Origin: Trichosphaerium sp. ATCC 40318
Lineage: Eukaryota > Protista > Tubulinea
Direction of reading: 5' to 3'
Length of the DNA stretch: 51,925 nucleotides
NCBI GenBank assembly: GCA_038496445.1
Contig: JALMLS010000331.1
Location: 1 to 51,925 of the forward strand
Positions 12,101-24,646 of the stretch are shown in pieces. Both the position numbers and the translations under genes were made by a program. The notes beneath the pieces were generated by a model. The model did not search any database. It worked only from the letters and a program-made list of their open reading frames with translations, and was not told the DNA's origin. Every line of letters begins with the position of its first letter. Positions within the stretch are counted from its first letter, which is position 1.

Positions 12101-13809
12101 CTCTGGATATAGGACATTTACAGTATCAGATAGGGTATAATCTCCAGCAGCTGTAAACGGTAATATTATGGGTTCTGATGATGCATAAATGCGTGTTGGT
12201 CCAGTCACACCGAGAGCCTTTTGTTTCTTTAGTACGCACATATAATCTATGAATAAATACATTTACGTACGCCTTGAAATGGTAAACCCAAGCACGGAGT
12301 TCCCCAGTCCATTCCAAAGAATGCTTTATTCGCTTGAACAGGTATAATAGGAGAAATTGCACTTATCCTATTTTTTGATAATTGTAAGTGACAGTCTTAA
12401 GTCTATTGGACTTACTCAACACCTCCAGGTCCTGGATAACTCGCATTGGTTCCTGTGGTATAAAATGGTGTCTGCCACGTAAAGGTTAAATCATCAAGGT
12501 CAATCCCACCAGCGATTGCGTTCTATAAACAAAGTCACGATTTTTTTCGTAAAATTATTTTATCAGCCACATACAAAAGTAAATTGTGGTGGACTTGTCC
12601 CTTGACATGTACCACTGGTTGCAAATAGATCTAATTTTAGCTTAGGCAATCCCTAAAAATTATAACTTAGAAGTAAGAAACACAACAATAGATACTATAC
12701 GCACAGGCACTGGTAAGTTAAAGAAATATCGCTATAATCAGTAAGAAATCATAAGCACAGCACTTAAAGTATTTACCTGTGTTTTGCCGCCATATAAAAG
12801 AGTGTTATCGTGTACACGAAGTGTCTCAACATCTAGAGTAGCCAAAAAGAGATCCTAAGTCAAAACCAAATGAGTTCAAAGTGCTAACAAATACAAACCG
12901 AGAACAAAAGAAGAAAAAAAAAACATACATCATGTACAGTGCCATTTTCAACATGTATTGCTTGGAAAAACCCGAATCGAACCTCTGTAGACCCTGGAGA
13001 AGGTGATGTGCAACAAGTAATTTGAAGTGCTTTGATTGTTTGACCATTCTGAGTCACAAGACCTTGATTGTCTTAAAACGCTGTTAGCTCGTATTTTTTG
13101 TAAAAAAAACAGAAACAACAGGTTATATTCGCTAACGTACGGTCAAAAACGCCTGTAATTATAACACGGTTTGAGTTACTGTGATATACAAGGTCATTTA
13201 CTGATAATTCACCTTCTGCGGCTGCACTATGGTAGTTCGTAATCCAAGCAACCTGAATAGTGTTAAACCTTTCTAATTGGCTTTGTTTGGCAGATATAAG
13301 ATCATCTCGACTTACTTCGTTTGTTGCTGGATCCACTTTGAATAAGAAATAATGTTTGTACGCTGAATGCACAGTAGAGAATGATTTGAGGTCAGTACAA
13401 AGACCTCCAATACAGTATTTGTTCTGGGAGACTGGCGGCGTATTAACAACTGCTGTACTCTCGCCTAGCATATTATTAGCGAAGAGTAACACTTGAAAGG
13501 TACAATCTTGTCGTTATCGATGGTGTAAATGACGATTCCGGATAAACTATTCCTTGTCGTCCACAATGTAGTACAAGATACATACCTAGTGCTACTATGC
13601 TATTATCTTGAAGTTCCACCACTTTGAGGATGTTTGTATTTGTATTTTCTCCACCAACGATAAAACTCCAGTCAGCGTACAGATCCTCTATTTAAAAGTG
13701 TAAACAACGTACAATGGGTTTTAACGCCAGAATTCAACGGACCTGCTTCTAGCGCTGAAGAGATGATCGCCAAACAAGCTAAAACTGCTAGAACCGCCCA
13801 AGCACGCAT
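9132..13809 (-). CDS. Receptor tyrosine kinase-like protein (signal peptide, large ectodomain, TM helix, kinase domain)
   Basis: Signal peptide MRAWAVLAVLACLAIISSALEA, stalk PDTPEPTPEPT, and TM WWIIAVVAVILIIIIAAIVAIVLFVKRK. Kinase motifs: GKGSFGSVW, VAIK, HPNVV, HRDLSCRN|IL|LDD..KISDFG, WMAPE, SDVWSFGIVVWE, DRPTF. Many introns. Confidence 0.9.
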
Positions 13810-14174
13810 TGTAACCGCGATACTAAATTAACTGCAGCTGCTACGCTACTGCTTTGACAATGTATTAATATTAACCTTTCGGCACTGACGCAGCGATAAT
13901 AAGGCGCAAGATACAAGTGTACGGAATAAACAAATTAAAAAAGAGGAGGCTTAATCAGGGTTTACTAAAACAGGAATACCGCTGAGTTTCGCTCATTGCA
14001 CACCCTAACCATGTCCTTTACATTCTTGAAGACGCTCTGCAACACCTAGATTTTAGACTGTTGTACCGCGTTTACGTTCTCCGTCATGCTATCTAGCGCA
14101 CTGATCGAGTCATGTTAATTAAAACGGCAGTTGCACCCAAAAAAGGCAGAGTGGTTTGGATTAAAAAAACTATC

Positions 14175-16229
14175 TTATGCAGCTCTGAAGAATACATCCG
14201 AGCGTATAGCATATTTGTTTGATGTCTTAACGATTGACCCTTCATGTACTAGTCCATGGTCGAATATGAGCGCCATACCAATCTCTGGTTTTACAGCAAG
14301 CCGAGGTTTGCGCTTTTTTCTGTTTTCCTTCCATGTGCCATTCAGAAACGTTGTCTCTCCTCCTACAGGTGTTCATTAGCATTAAAGAAATAGCTTTAAA
14401 CTAGTCTAACCATCAAAGTCCTCGTTTAAGTATAGCATCAGTGAGTACAGTGTCTTTTCATTTGGCTTATCTGGCTTTGTAAAAACCTATGCAACATTAG
14501 AGAAAATTTTATTAAGCAGTTCAACTTCTTGTATACACGCACACATGCGTGGGGATCATGTTTTAACTGTTTTTATTGTGCTTTTTTGACTTTGAACGTC
14601 AAAAAAAAATCAACTCTGATTCTGCATAAAAAAAATTTATTTTTGCGGAGAAGATTTTAAAATACTATTTTCTCCTCCTGTTATGCCTTTTCAATGTTGA
14701 TACCACTAGCGTATGTCTCACTTGGAATGTTGTGTCTGTTGTGAATACCTAAGGGCTGCTACAGGCTTTTGAGTCACAGTACAATTAAAAAATACCCAAT
14801 AGCACATGGGAAGCTTTCTCTGCTTGTTAGACATGCATGACACGCGGCTAAAAGCATTTGTGTGCAGTCATTGTGTGAATGAAAATGCAGTTGTGTTAAA
14901 GGTACGTTCAAAACCATTAAACGGCAGCCATAATGCGTCAAGTATTATAACACATTAATGACTACCCATTCTGAGAGTATGGCTGCCGTTTTATGGTTTG
15001 TCTTTGAGATTTCGCCTAAATATCCAATCTCAACTATTTTTTTGTACTACAAAAAGTTATTAATACACTTTCTGAGGTATGCAGGGACAAATTCATGCCT
15101 AGTGAACCGTTTATAAACTCAAATTAAAAAATACCAAAAACAGGCCATCAAACCACTCAACAATCATGCCCACACAAGGACAGGCGTTTGGGGTTTGAGT
15201 GCAATGAACCAATTGAAGAAGTTGCCGCAGGTCAGCACAAAAAAAAACAAAACATTGTCAAGAATGTCAAAATACCGTCATATGCACGCTTTCATTCAAA
15301 AATGGTATGTGAGAGGATACAGAGTTAAAGTAACAACGTTTAAAAGTAGTGAACAGCCAAAAAACTTAAAATTTTGGGCAATTGGATAGCGACTTTATTG
15401 CTAGCCAAACTCCTTCCAATGATACTACAGTGTACACGGCAATTGATTGGAGCTTTTTAGATGACTATTATGGAACAGGGGATGAGACTTTTTGCCTATA
15501 ATTTGTAAAAATCACATGTAAAAACTTAAGCAACTCATGGAGATATTGCACAATAATTTTGAACACTCTAATTATAACGGAATATGCCCGACATATAGTA
15601 GATAATGTACAAAAAATAAATTCACGCTTTTGTTTACTGCTAAGGACTTGGCGATTTTTTTTCCAAATGGGAACTACATAATAAAATTCTCTCTAACCGA
15701 TGTCATGTGTCACTTCCAATATGCGTACATAGTCCACGTGCGACTTTATGAATTGCCCTGGTTTATACTCGTAGATACGAAACCTTTCGTTAACCCCAAA
15801 TGGCTATGTTGTTGATAAAGGTAAAGACAGGTATAAGTGACTTTCTTCGTACCTTGTGGTTTTTAAATGTTGGAGGCACATGTTGTTTAATACGCGACCA
15901 AACAACCTCTGCCATATCCATATCGTCGAAAATCACTCTTGAGTTTGTTCTTGACGAGGAATATCTGAATTTGCCCGCTGAGCCTTTAATATAGTTTCCA
16001 GCCCTCTCAAATCCTTGTTTTTCGCCGTGAGATATGAATTGAGCGCATTCTGTTGGTGTAAGAACATTTCGTATTACAATAACCTTATCTCCTTTTAACT
16101 GGTTAGCATACGTTTTCTACGCGCAAATATACCTTCTAAATACTCAGGCGTTGTTTTAGGTGTTATTGTATTGTTTAAGATGCCAATCGAGATTTTAGGG
16201 ACGTCTGTTACTTGTAGAGTTTTGGCCAT
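14175..16229 (-). CDS. 2-oxoglutarate/Fe(II) dioxygenase, prolyl-4-hydroxylase-like
   Basis: Five exons: NVLTPTECAQFI, RTNSRVIFDD, GVNERFRIYEYKPGQFIKSHVD (HxD), YSLMLYLNEDFDGGETTF, GMALIFDHGLVHEG (distal His), KYAIRSDVF. Intron 3 (14487-15728) is 1242 nt. Confidence 0.9.
14683..15500 (+). pseudogene. Decayed nested antisense gene or element cargo inside the long oxygenase intron
   Basis: Plus-strand donors (AAG|GTACGT at 14902, ATG|GTATGT at ~15305) follow exon-like blocks containing CxxC motifs and several stops. Confidence 0.3.
14911..14999. repeat. 22-bp inverted repeat (hairpin with a 45-nt loop)
   Basis: aaaccattaaacggcagccata (14911-14932) and tatggctgccgttttatggttt (14978-14999) are complementary at 21/22 positions. 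Confidence 0.9.
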
Positions 16230-16368
16230 CGCGTTCGTTGCAATTATTATTAGTGCTTACCAAGGTGACAATCAGCTACAGTTCACAGAAAAAGGAAAAA
16301 CAAGAAAATTACGAGAATCTTATTACGTGTACAAACTTATTTACATCTGAAGAAATGATCTTATCCAC

Positions 16369-17286
16369 TCACGTCACTGTAGTGTTTGTGTGAAAAAAAT
16401 TGTGCACTTTATTTGCGTATGCCTTGCTTATCAATGAGACTGAAGAAATCTCCTAATAAAACAAACTTTTAAAATGTTGCACATAATTAGCTTCTTCTTA
16501 CCTCCACTGACGCACTCGAAAGTTTTGCTATACTTGTAAAGTGGTATAATAATGCTCCAGCCTTATCATCCGTCATGCCTGGTATGTGACTGATGACCCT
16601 CTTCATTGTGGTTGTCCTAAAAAAAAATGTTTGAAAAAAAAGTTCAAAAGAATAACGGAAGGTATACCGAAGGCCAGATATCTCAAAGTTCATTGTACGT
16701 CTTCTCGCAGGCCAAGGAGATATATTACTCCTCCTTTTGAAGAGTTGATGAATAAACCCAGCAATAGTGGCCACATCAGTAACTTTTATAACACTGATGC
16801 CCATTCTATCAAAAAAAAAAATGAGTATTTCTTAATTAATTTAGCTTTAATGACGAACGTAGTTGCCCAATAGTGTGCTTGAAGGTACCGCTCGCGTAGG
16901 TCTTCAGTGTAACGTATAAAACACACGGGTTTTTTGTACTAGAACGGTTTTAAAGTTAAAAAAGCTGTTTTGTAGTTTTAGATAACTTTAGAACGTACTG
17001 TGTTAGCGGTATTAATACGTTGTTGAATATAAGTGTCATCACCATTTTCCAACTCAGCGAGGAAAATGTAGTTCATACCAACGTCCTTGTAGCTGAAATC
17101 TACTAACGGGCTCTCTTCAAACTGCACGTCACAGCGTACTTAACGAATTAAAGAATTTTAGCTGCTGTTTTAATTTTTATGGCGTATACACGCTAAAACT
17201 AAGGATACAGAGTCGATGTATGTCACTATCACGCAAATTCTACGAAAATCAGTTGTTTAGAGTGATAAACAACGTACTTGAGCCAT
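16369..17286 (-). CDS. FAAP24: FAAP24-like protein (ERCC4 pseudo-nuclease + tandem HhH)
   Basis: Spliced product includes VQFEESPLVDFSY, MGISVIKVTDVATIAGFIHQL and VISHIPGMTDDKAGALLYHFTSIAKLSSASVE|EISSVSLISKAYANKVHNFF. This follows the FAAP24 pattern QIPGVGKVKAPLLLQKFPSIQQLSNAS..QIHAFF. Confidence 0.75.
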
Positions 17287-17461
17287 TGTCAGCTTGTTAG
17301 ACAAGCCAACGAACTTGTCCATACGCTTTACAATGTAAAAACCGCCAAAAAATACGTAAGTCCTTACAATTCTTTCAAATAGTTTTAAACTGCCGTTTCC
17401 GCGAACTATATGGTAAGAATTCTGCAATAGTTACACCTTAGGCAACAGAAACATTGCAATT

Positions 17462-20400
17462 ATGTGGAATAATACACCAGAGACTGATGTGATTGAACAA
17501 GATAATACACTGGTTGAAGTACGTACAAATGCGTTCATTTACAGTTTAGAAGCGTTACATCTGTCGAAAAAATGTACAAACGTGACTAATGCCAAACGCA
17601 CTACACTGCGACTTCCCAGTGTTTTTTAGCCGCGCAGCTCACATTGTTGTATTAACAAATGCCGTTAATATTACTTCCTGCCCGTACTACCTTTAAGCGT
17701 ACTAACTGGTATAGTCTGAGCGTCATGAATCAGCAACAGAGAAATTTAGCCTGCAGTTCCCTTTTGGCGACTCAGAACCACCAGGTGACGAGCCAATGCG
17801 CCCAAAACCTACAAAAAAGCAAGTGTCAAACGCTACATGGGGTACGCACAAAGAAACTAAGAAACAATCAAAACACTGCTGGAGCAAGCTCCCTACGCGC
17901 AAGCATTGCCTCAAGAGCTGTTTTATTTTTTTTGAACCTCACAAATACTTTTTAGGAGGCGCTTTGTGTACAATAGACGATACGACATACTACAGCAAGT
18001 ACAAAAAGAATAAGGCTTCAAAATACCTATCACTCGAGGATTGCGTTTATTTACAAGGCAAAAATGGACGTAAAAACATTGCGCGTATCGTAGCAATTGG
18101 TAAACCACAACAAGGAAAACCATTCGCTCATTTAAAAAGGATATACAAGTACGTCAATAAAAAGACAGCTTAAAATTATCCAACTTTTTGAGCTTGGAAG
18201 ATTGTTTTATTAGTCTTATTCGAATTTCAGACCTGAAGACACTCCAGCTGGCAGTAAACCTTTCTACGCTCCAACACTAGTTTTCCCTTCAAATGATTTT
18301 GTTGATTTACCTCTAAATCATATAAAATCTAAATGCTACGTGGAAAGTAAGGAAAAATACCAACAAAGGTACGTTAAAGTGATAAACAGACCAAAGCTCT
18401 CAGAGTTACTTTCACTGAAACAACCTAAATAACATGCTTTTTCTTTAGATCAAACTTCCCGGAGAATGTATACCACTACGATACCTATTTCTATGATGTA
18501 ACAACAAAGAAAGTAATACCAATGCCAAAACACAAAAGTCTATCGAAACTACTTTGTAAAATACGAGAAAAGATGAAGACAAGAAGGAGTCCTAACAACG
18601 ATAACATTAATATTGAAGAAACAACCAGTAGTATAGAATTCCCTCCAATACAAAGACATGCATCAAAAAGAACTCCAAGGAAAGTTAAAGTTACAAAACA
18701 ACGAAATAAACCAGTAGTGACGCTGGATAAACAAAATAGTTTAGAAGATTTTCAAGTTACACCACGAAAGGTAGAGGTTTAGTTTGACATACTTTTGAGC
18801 TTACCAAATTTAAAACAGGTCATAACAAAGCGAAAGCAAGGAAAGAAAACTAAATCAACGTCACATCATCGCGAGGAACATCGACCGTTCAGGAGTAAAG
18901 AAAAGGCTAATTTTATTGCAATAGAAAGTGATGATAGTGAAGGAATTGATGCGATGGATGAAGAGGTACAAAGGATTTCATTGAAACACAGGTTGCTTAA
19001 TTGATCAATAGACTGAACTTGAGATTCCAAAGGCTAAAAGCAAGCCAAAGGCTCGTATTGTACAAACGTCAATTACAGCGTCTTCTTTGGACGATTTTGA
19101 CGTAACACTGTCAAGATCTAAGAGAAAAGCTTCTTCAAATCTACAAACCACACCACCGAAGAAAAAGCGCAAAGCATCAGTGCCAGTAAAGAATCCACTG
19201 AAATCTAAACGCGTTCTGGACAAAAGCTTGGAATTCGAAACCAGCGACCTGGACGCTTTTATATTCGATACATCTACAAAGGATAAAGAGGATCTTGAGG
19301 AATCCGAGCCAGATGCTATTGAAATCCAACTTGATGAACCTGAGGATCCTAAACCAAAGAAAAGAAGGCGATTGCGTAAAGCAAAAGAAGTTAAAGAGGT
19401 ATAAAATGTTCGCGTAGTGATTGCCTGTCTACTCACTTTACTTATTTGTAGGAAAGAAGTAGCGATAATGAGATAGTGATAACAGAGTCTTCTGAAGAGA
19501 GTGGGATCGTTCCTATGGAAGTAGAAGATAATAATACTGATTCCTCAGAGGAGGAAGTTATTCCTAATAGCGTTGATGAAGACGATATGGTAGATGTGAA
19601 CGATGGAGACAAAGCACGTCAAAAACGAAGACGTGAGCAAGAAAACATGTTATCGCCACAAAAAACAACAAAAACGAAGACAAGACGTTCTCCTAGAAAG
19701 AGTGCTGGTAATAGAATGAAGAAATCACGGATTGCTAACTTATTGGATAACTACCCATCTACAAAATCTAATGATGACGAGACAAGCGTTGATGATGATT
19801 CATACAACAACTTTAACTCTACATACACAAGAGCACAAAACAGTACGTTTAAATAGCGTTTAATGACCCACGAACTATCATCACCTCATAAGACTCTAGG
19901 CTCGTCACAACATAATGATAATAGCTTGTTTCCAACAGCTAATCGAAATCCATTGTACGTTCAATGAACTTCAAAAAAAAATTTCTTCTTAACTTCTACT
20001 TTAGTGGCTCTTCTTCATCACCACGAAAATCTCGTCTTTCTGTTACAAAGAAACAGAGTCCTTTAATGTTTACAAGAATGGGTAATCTACAAAAGAAATC
20101 AGAAGGAAAAAATAAGAGCAGATATCCAGGTATACCGAGAGCTTATTTGGTTGAAAATGAAGTATTAACTATTTTTTTTCATCAGTTCAAACACGTGTTT
20201 CTTCATTTTTTGAGAAAAAGAGCGACCACCATCGTACACCTCAACAGAAACCTGTAGTAATCTATAATGATGAAGAAGATGATGACATAGATGATGAAAT
20301 TGAGGAAGTTGAAGATGACCTTCAATCTGGACGACTCCTGCTCCCAAAACCTGGCACAAAGAAAAAGGTACCAAAATGATTGACTGTTTAGAAAAAAACC

Positions 20401-21974
20401 GCTAACTTGTTATACAAGAAGAAGAAACGTCGTAGGACTGTTATAAACCCTACAGATATTAATTTGGACGTTGATGATGATGAACTTGATGAGCGCTTGG
20501 ATGCTATTGCAGCTGAACTGGATGTTGATTTCTACTCATCTAGATATACAAGTTCAACACAAAGTAAACCAGGTGTTCTTGATCTTACTGGAGAGCCAAG
20601 TCAGACAAAAAGATCATCAACAAAAAAACGAAAAAAGCAATCATTCTTATCTTCTATCAACATCAAGAAGCCTGATGACTTCACTATCGATAGTGCTGTA
20701 GATATTGGGTAAAAATCACTTGTTTATACACGAAATAATGCTAATAACGGTCTTAACTAGGTCTGATTCTGACTGTGATGGATTTGTTGTACCAGATGAT
20801 AAGCCACTATCTCAACATCGTGGTTATGACTCTTTATCTGATAGTGATGTTGTTCCTATTGATAGTGGTTCTCAAGAAGATGAATTTGAAGAAGACGAAG
20901 AACAAAAAGAATTAAGAGCAATGAGAGATCGTCTAGTATCAGGTGGAGGTGGTACGTTAATAAAACTTGGACTCTTTGAGTTCTTAAAGTCTTATTAATT
21001 GCTTTTCAGCCTATGAGAACTTAGGACCACGTAAGGCATTTGAAGTGTTCTTAGATGATATTATTGGGTATATTATATCTCCTGAGATGATTTCAAGTAG
21101 ATCACGTGATGGTACATCAGGGGTTTTTTATTTGAAATGTTTCGCTTTTTTTTTTGCTTACACTTGCCTTTCTTAGATCGAAAGTTCTTTCAAGTTGCTC
21201 ATAGAAAAATTAATCGGGCATTAATGAGTCGTAAAGATTCCCTTGTTAGTAGTTCAGCCTGGCTCAAGGATACAAGAGTAAGTTTGTTGTGTTGATTGTC
21301 TAAATTGGTTTGGGTTTGTTTTTGACTTTGTACATCTAGGACTTGTTGCTTAAGTTGCCGAGGTTCTCAAGCAGTAAATTTTCTAGAGATATACCTATAG
21401 ATTGCCAAGCATGTAGGCACAAGAACGCTTCGGCATTTAGGATAGATCTAGCAGGGCCATCATATGATTCTAAATCGCTTTGGAATGGAAATAATGAGGT
21501 TCATGATTTGTTACAGCGTTTTGCTAACAGTTTATGTCTAGTGTGCCAAATTGGACTCTGGTCCTGATACCACTGCGATATTACATGTAGGAAAGCATTG
21601 TCATTATAAAATGCGCATGTTCCATCACTTGCAGCATTTTAAGCGTCGTATAATGGAGTGTGTTGAGGTATTTACTTTGTACTTTCTTTGAATTTATTTG
21701 ACTTGTCTTGTGCTTATAATTTTATCTCTTTAGTCTAGAGCTGTAAAGTTACATAATCGTAAGCCTGATCTTACACAAGATAAAGCATACGAAGAGTTAC
21801 GTGAGGATAGAGACTGGAGAAACAGAGTACGTGTTCTTTTGGTTTTTTTGGATGAGCTCAAACTTTAGTTTCTAATTTCTTCATCTTTAGCTGTATAGAT
21901 ACTACAAAGATTTGGTGGATAGACCAGAGGAAGATTTTGCTGTTATTGGATTAACACTTGATAAAGATTTGTAA
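17462..21974 (+). CDS. Nuclear protein with an N-terminal BAH domain, long acidic/basic low-complexity region and C-terminal DUF4211 (CCDC82-like) domain
   Basis: BAH-like LSLEDCVYLQ..NIARIVAI..RIYK|PEDT..LVFPSNDFVDLPLNHIKSKCYV. C-terminal RKDSLVSSSAW..CQACR..RIDLAGPSYDSKSL..VGKHCHYKMRMFHHLQHFK. The start codon is uncertain. Confidence 0.75.
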
Positions 21975-22228
21975 GAAGAAAACAACATTGTACAGTTTGT
22001 AAAAAAAAGCCAAAAACCAAAAAAAAAAACCAAAATGTAGATTAAAAAAACCGTAAGACAACTGCCTCCCATTTCATTCAGCTCATGCAAACTGGTTCGT
22101 AGACACACAGATTTACTATGAACAGGATTATTGCTTAGATCTAAGTTTCTACAGGACTTTTTATGACTGCTATTTAAATCACGTGATTATGCTTCCGATA
22201 CAAAAACAAACATTTACCTTATCACCAA

Positions 22229-23144
22229 ATGCAGGTAGTTTCCCAAATCAAAGCTAAGTACATTACTATTGCTGCTTCTTGTGGCGCTGCGTCTTGTATC
22301 CTTTTGTGTTACGGCATCGCGCTGTACCAAGGTAATAATGAATGTGTGTTAAACCCATATTAACACGTGTAAGGACACGTGAAAGCTTGGTTACCAATGA
22401 TATCTGCTTGTTTTAACATTGCCCCTGAAAGTTATATTTCAAGGTAATTAGAAACCCTTTTCATACGCTTTCCCTCACGTGATACTACTCATAAGGTTCT
22501 TTATGATTTCTTGCGCCGTTTTACTTAATATAAACTCCATCTTGGTACTCTCATTGGTAAACTCTAAAGCAATGTTTGGAGGCAAGCCGCACTAGATTGG
22601 AAATTTCTTTTTTCTGAAAAAACACTATCTGACATAGTTGACGGAAGTTGTAACGTTGTATTTTTAGGCGCTAAGGCGACTGATCGTTTCGCTTATTATT
22701 TGGTTACTATTGGTTGTGTCGGTTTAGCAATGGTTGGAGCGATTAATGATCAAGAAAATAACTTGTTACACTCAAGTACGCTAGCTCGCCTCATCATCTA
22801 AATACATTGTACTTACTCTTTTTTTTTTTCGTTCAGTATCCGCGTTGCTGTTCTTCTTTATGTTCGAAATATACAATATCCTTATTGTCATAAGATTATG
22901 GCCTACATCTGTACCAACCGCATCTAAATATATCAAGGCTGGATTATCTGCCTATGGCGCTGTTGCGCTTGTTCTTTTTGTATACTTTAATCTATCAAGA
23001 ATAGAGAATTTTAAACTCTACGGCGCTATTTGTGAGTGGACTGGTACAATTGCTATACTCGCTTATACGTTATCCTTCATATATGAATTCGGTGACGACT
23101 TGGTAATCGATGCTGTCTACGAAAACAAGCACGTGATAACTTAA
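22229..23144 (+). CDS. Frag1/DRAM/Sfk1 (TMEM150-like) multi-pass membrane protein
   Basis: GHVKAWLPMISACFNIAPESYISR, GLAMVGAIND..LHS and AICEW motifs, with about six hydrophobic helices. Four introns, one of them GC-AG. Confidence 0.85.
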
Positions 23145-24155
23145 CTACAGCTATTTCTGACACTTTTTTGAAATTAGAAAAAGTGACAATAAAGATACAC
23201 TTGTTTATGAATTGTAGGCTACACAATAAACATTCGGTACCCATTACGTACCCCCTTCATTCCAATATGTTTCTATTGTATAAATGTTCTCTTGCAGCTA
23301 ATTTCGAGCCATGCTTAGCGGTAGCGTTCCAACAAGTTCAAAAAAAAAACCTACAAATAACGGTAATATAGTTTCATTATTCTATTGTCGACATGTCTAG
23401 ATAGAATGGTAACATTCAATTGATACTTCAACCAGGACACACAATACCCTTTAGCTGACTGTTGTTAAAAAGAACCAAAAAGGTGATTGAGTCCATGCCG
23501 ACTATTGATTGTGTCGCTGAATAGATTTGAGATACGGCATATTGTTATCATATTATCCGTTCTCAAGTACTATCGCAAGGAAATCTCTATTATATGATAT
23601 ATGAGAGAAGTTCCGGAAGTCGAGTAGTTACGACACATCAATGGTGCCACCCTTACAATATTGCTTATTATGGGCGGCGACCGAGTCAAGAGCATACGAG
23701 GACATTGGAGCACCAACAATGAAGAGATTAAGACACTATGACCTCTTTGTTAAGTCATCCGGTTATAATTAGCGATACTAAAAGAGAGTAGTTGTAAGTA
23801 TGCCGAAACCGATGCTTATGAGGTATGTGCACTGTCTTCAGTGATAATAGAAGACAAAACGCTTTTTGTAGACAGTTTGGCTACGTAAAAAAATATTGTG
23901 GTACAAGGAAGAAGGCTACTAGACGGCCGTCACATGAGTACCGCTTCAAGTGTTTTTGCAGTTCTGAAAAAAAAACACAAAAAAAAGAAAACTAGAGTGG
24001 TTTTTTGACAATGCTTTAGAAAACGACGTAGCACTCTATTTTCTCTTTTCGTGGTTTGATTGTTATTGTATTTAACCAAAAAATGCCAGGTAAATAATAC
24101 ACAACTTTGATTGTAATCAATGAAAATGTCAACACACCAAATTTGTGGGTTATAA

Positions 24156-24646
24156 GGTCGGTAGTCTTTGAGCACTCTAAATACACTTACCGTAATCTAC
24201 GCGCGTATGCATGTACAGCTACGCTATTTAGGTTTCTGTGGGTTCAGCACAAAAATAGTCACCAAAATCACCTAACATTAATCGCACAATCCCGTTTATG
24301 CCTCTTTGCTATAACAACGCGCATTAAAATCGAAACATAGCATTTGCAACGAGTAAGTTTGTCATACAAAAAAGCTTGCGAGAAGCTCCACCAAAACTAC
24401 TTTTAAAGTGTTACAACTGTACTTTCAGCACGATTTATGCGTAACTAGAGCTACATTACTGTAGTTTTGCAATAACTGCTTCGTTGTTGATTAAAATGAC
24501 GCGTTACACTCCAAACCCTAGACCAAGATGCACAGCATCAATATTAAAGATTTGAGCCTGTACATAGAAACCTGAATTAGCATAGCTGTACATGCATACG
24601 CACGTAGATTACGGTAAGTGTATTTAGAGCTCAAAGATTACCGACC
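24156..24646. mobile_element. MITE-like element or inverted duplication with ~85-bp arms
   Basis: 24156-24240 is the reverse complement of 24563-24646 with five substitutions and two small gaps. Weaker similarity extends to ~24083 and ~24705. No coding capacity is evident and no TSD was identified. Confidence 0.6.

Noticed and set aside
22296-22305. U12-like donor GTATCCTTTT
   Set aside because: It lies within a continuous coding TM segment (SCILLCY) of the DRAM gene, and no intron is needed there.
23380-23900. Possible minus-strand gene relic (similar traces at 1-450 and 43140-43480)
   Set aside because: Coding-like composition but many stops and no identifiable family; too weak to annotate.
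24181-24195. U1 snRNA 5' end (acttacc)
   Set aside because: Only a 7-nt match, explained as the complement of a splice donor; no U1 stem-loops are evident.
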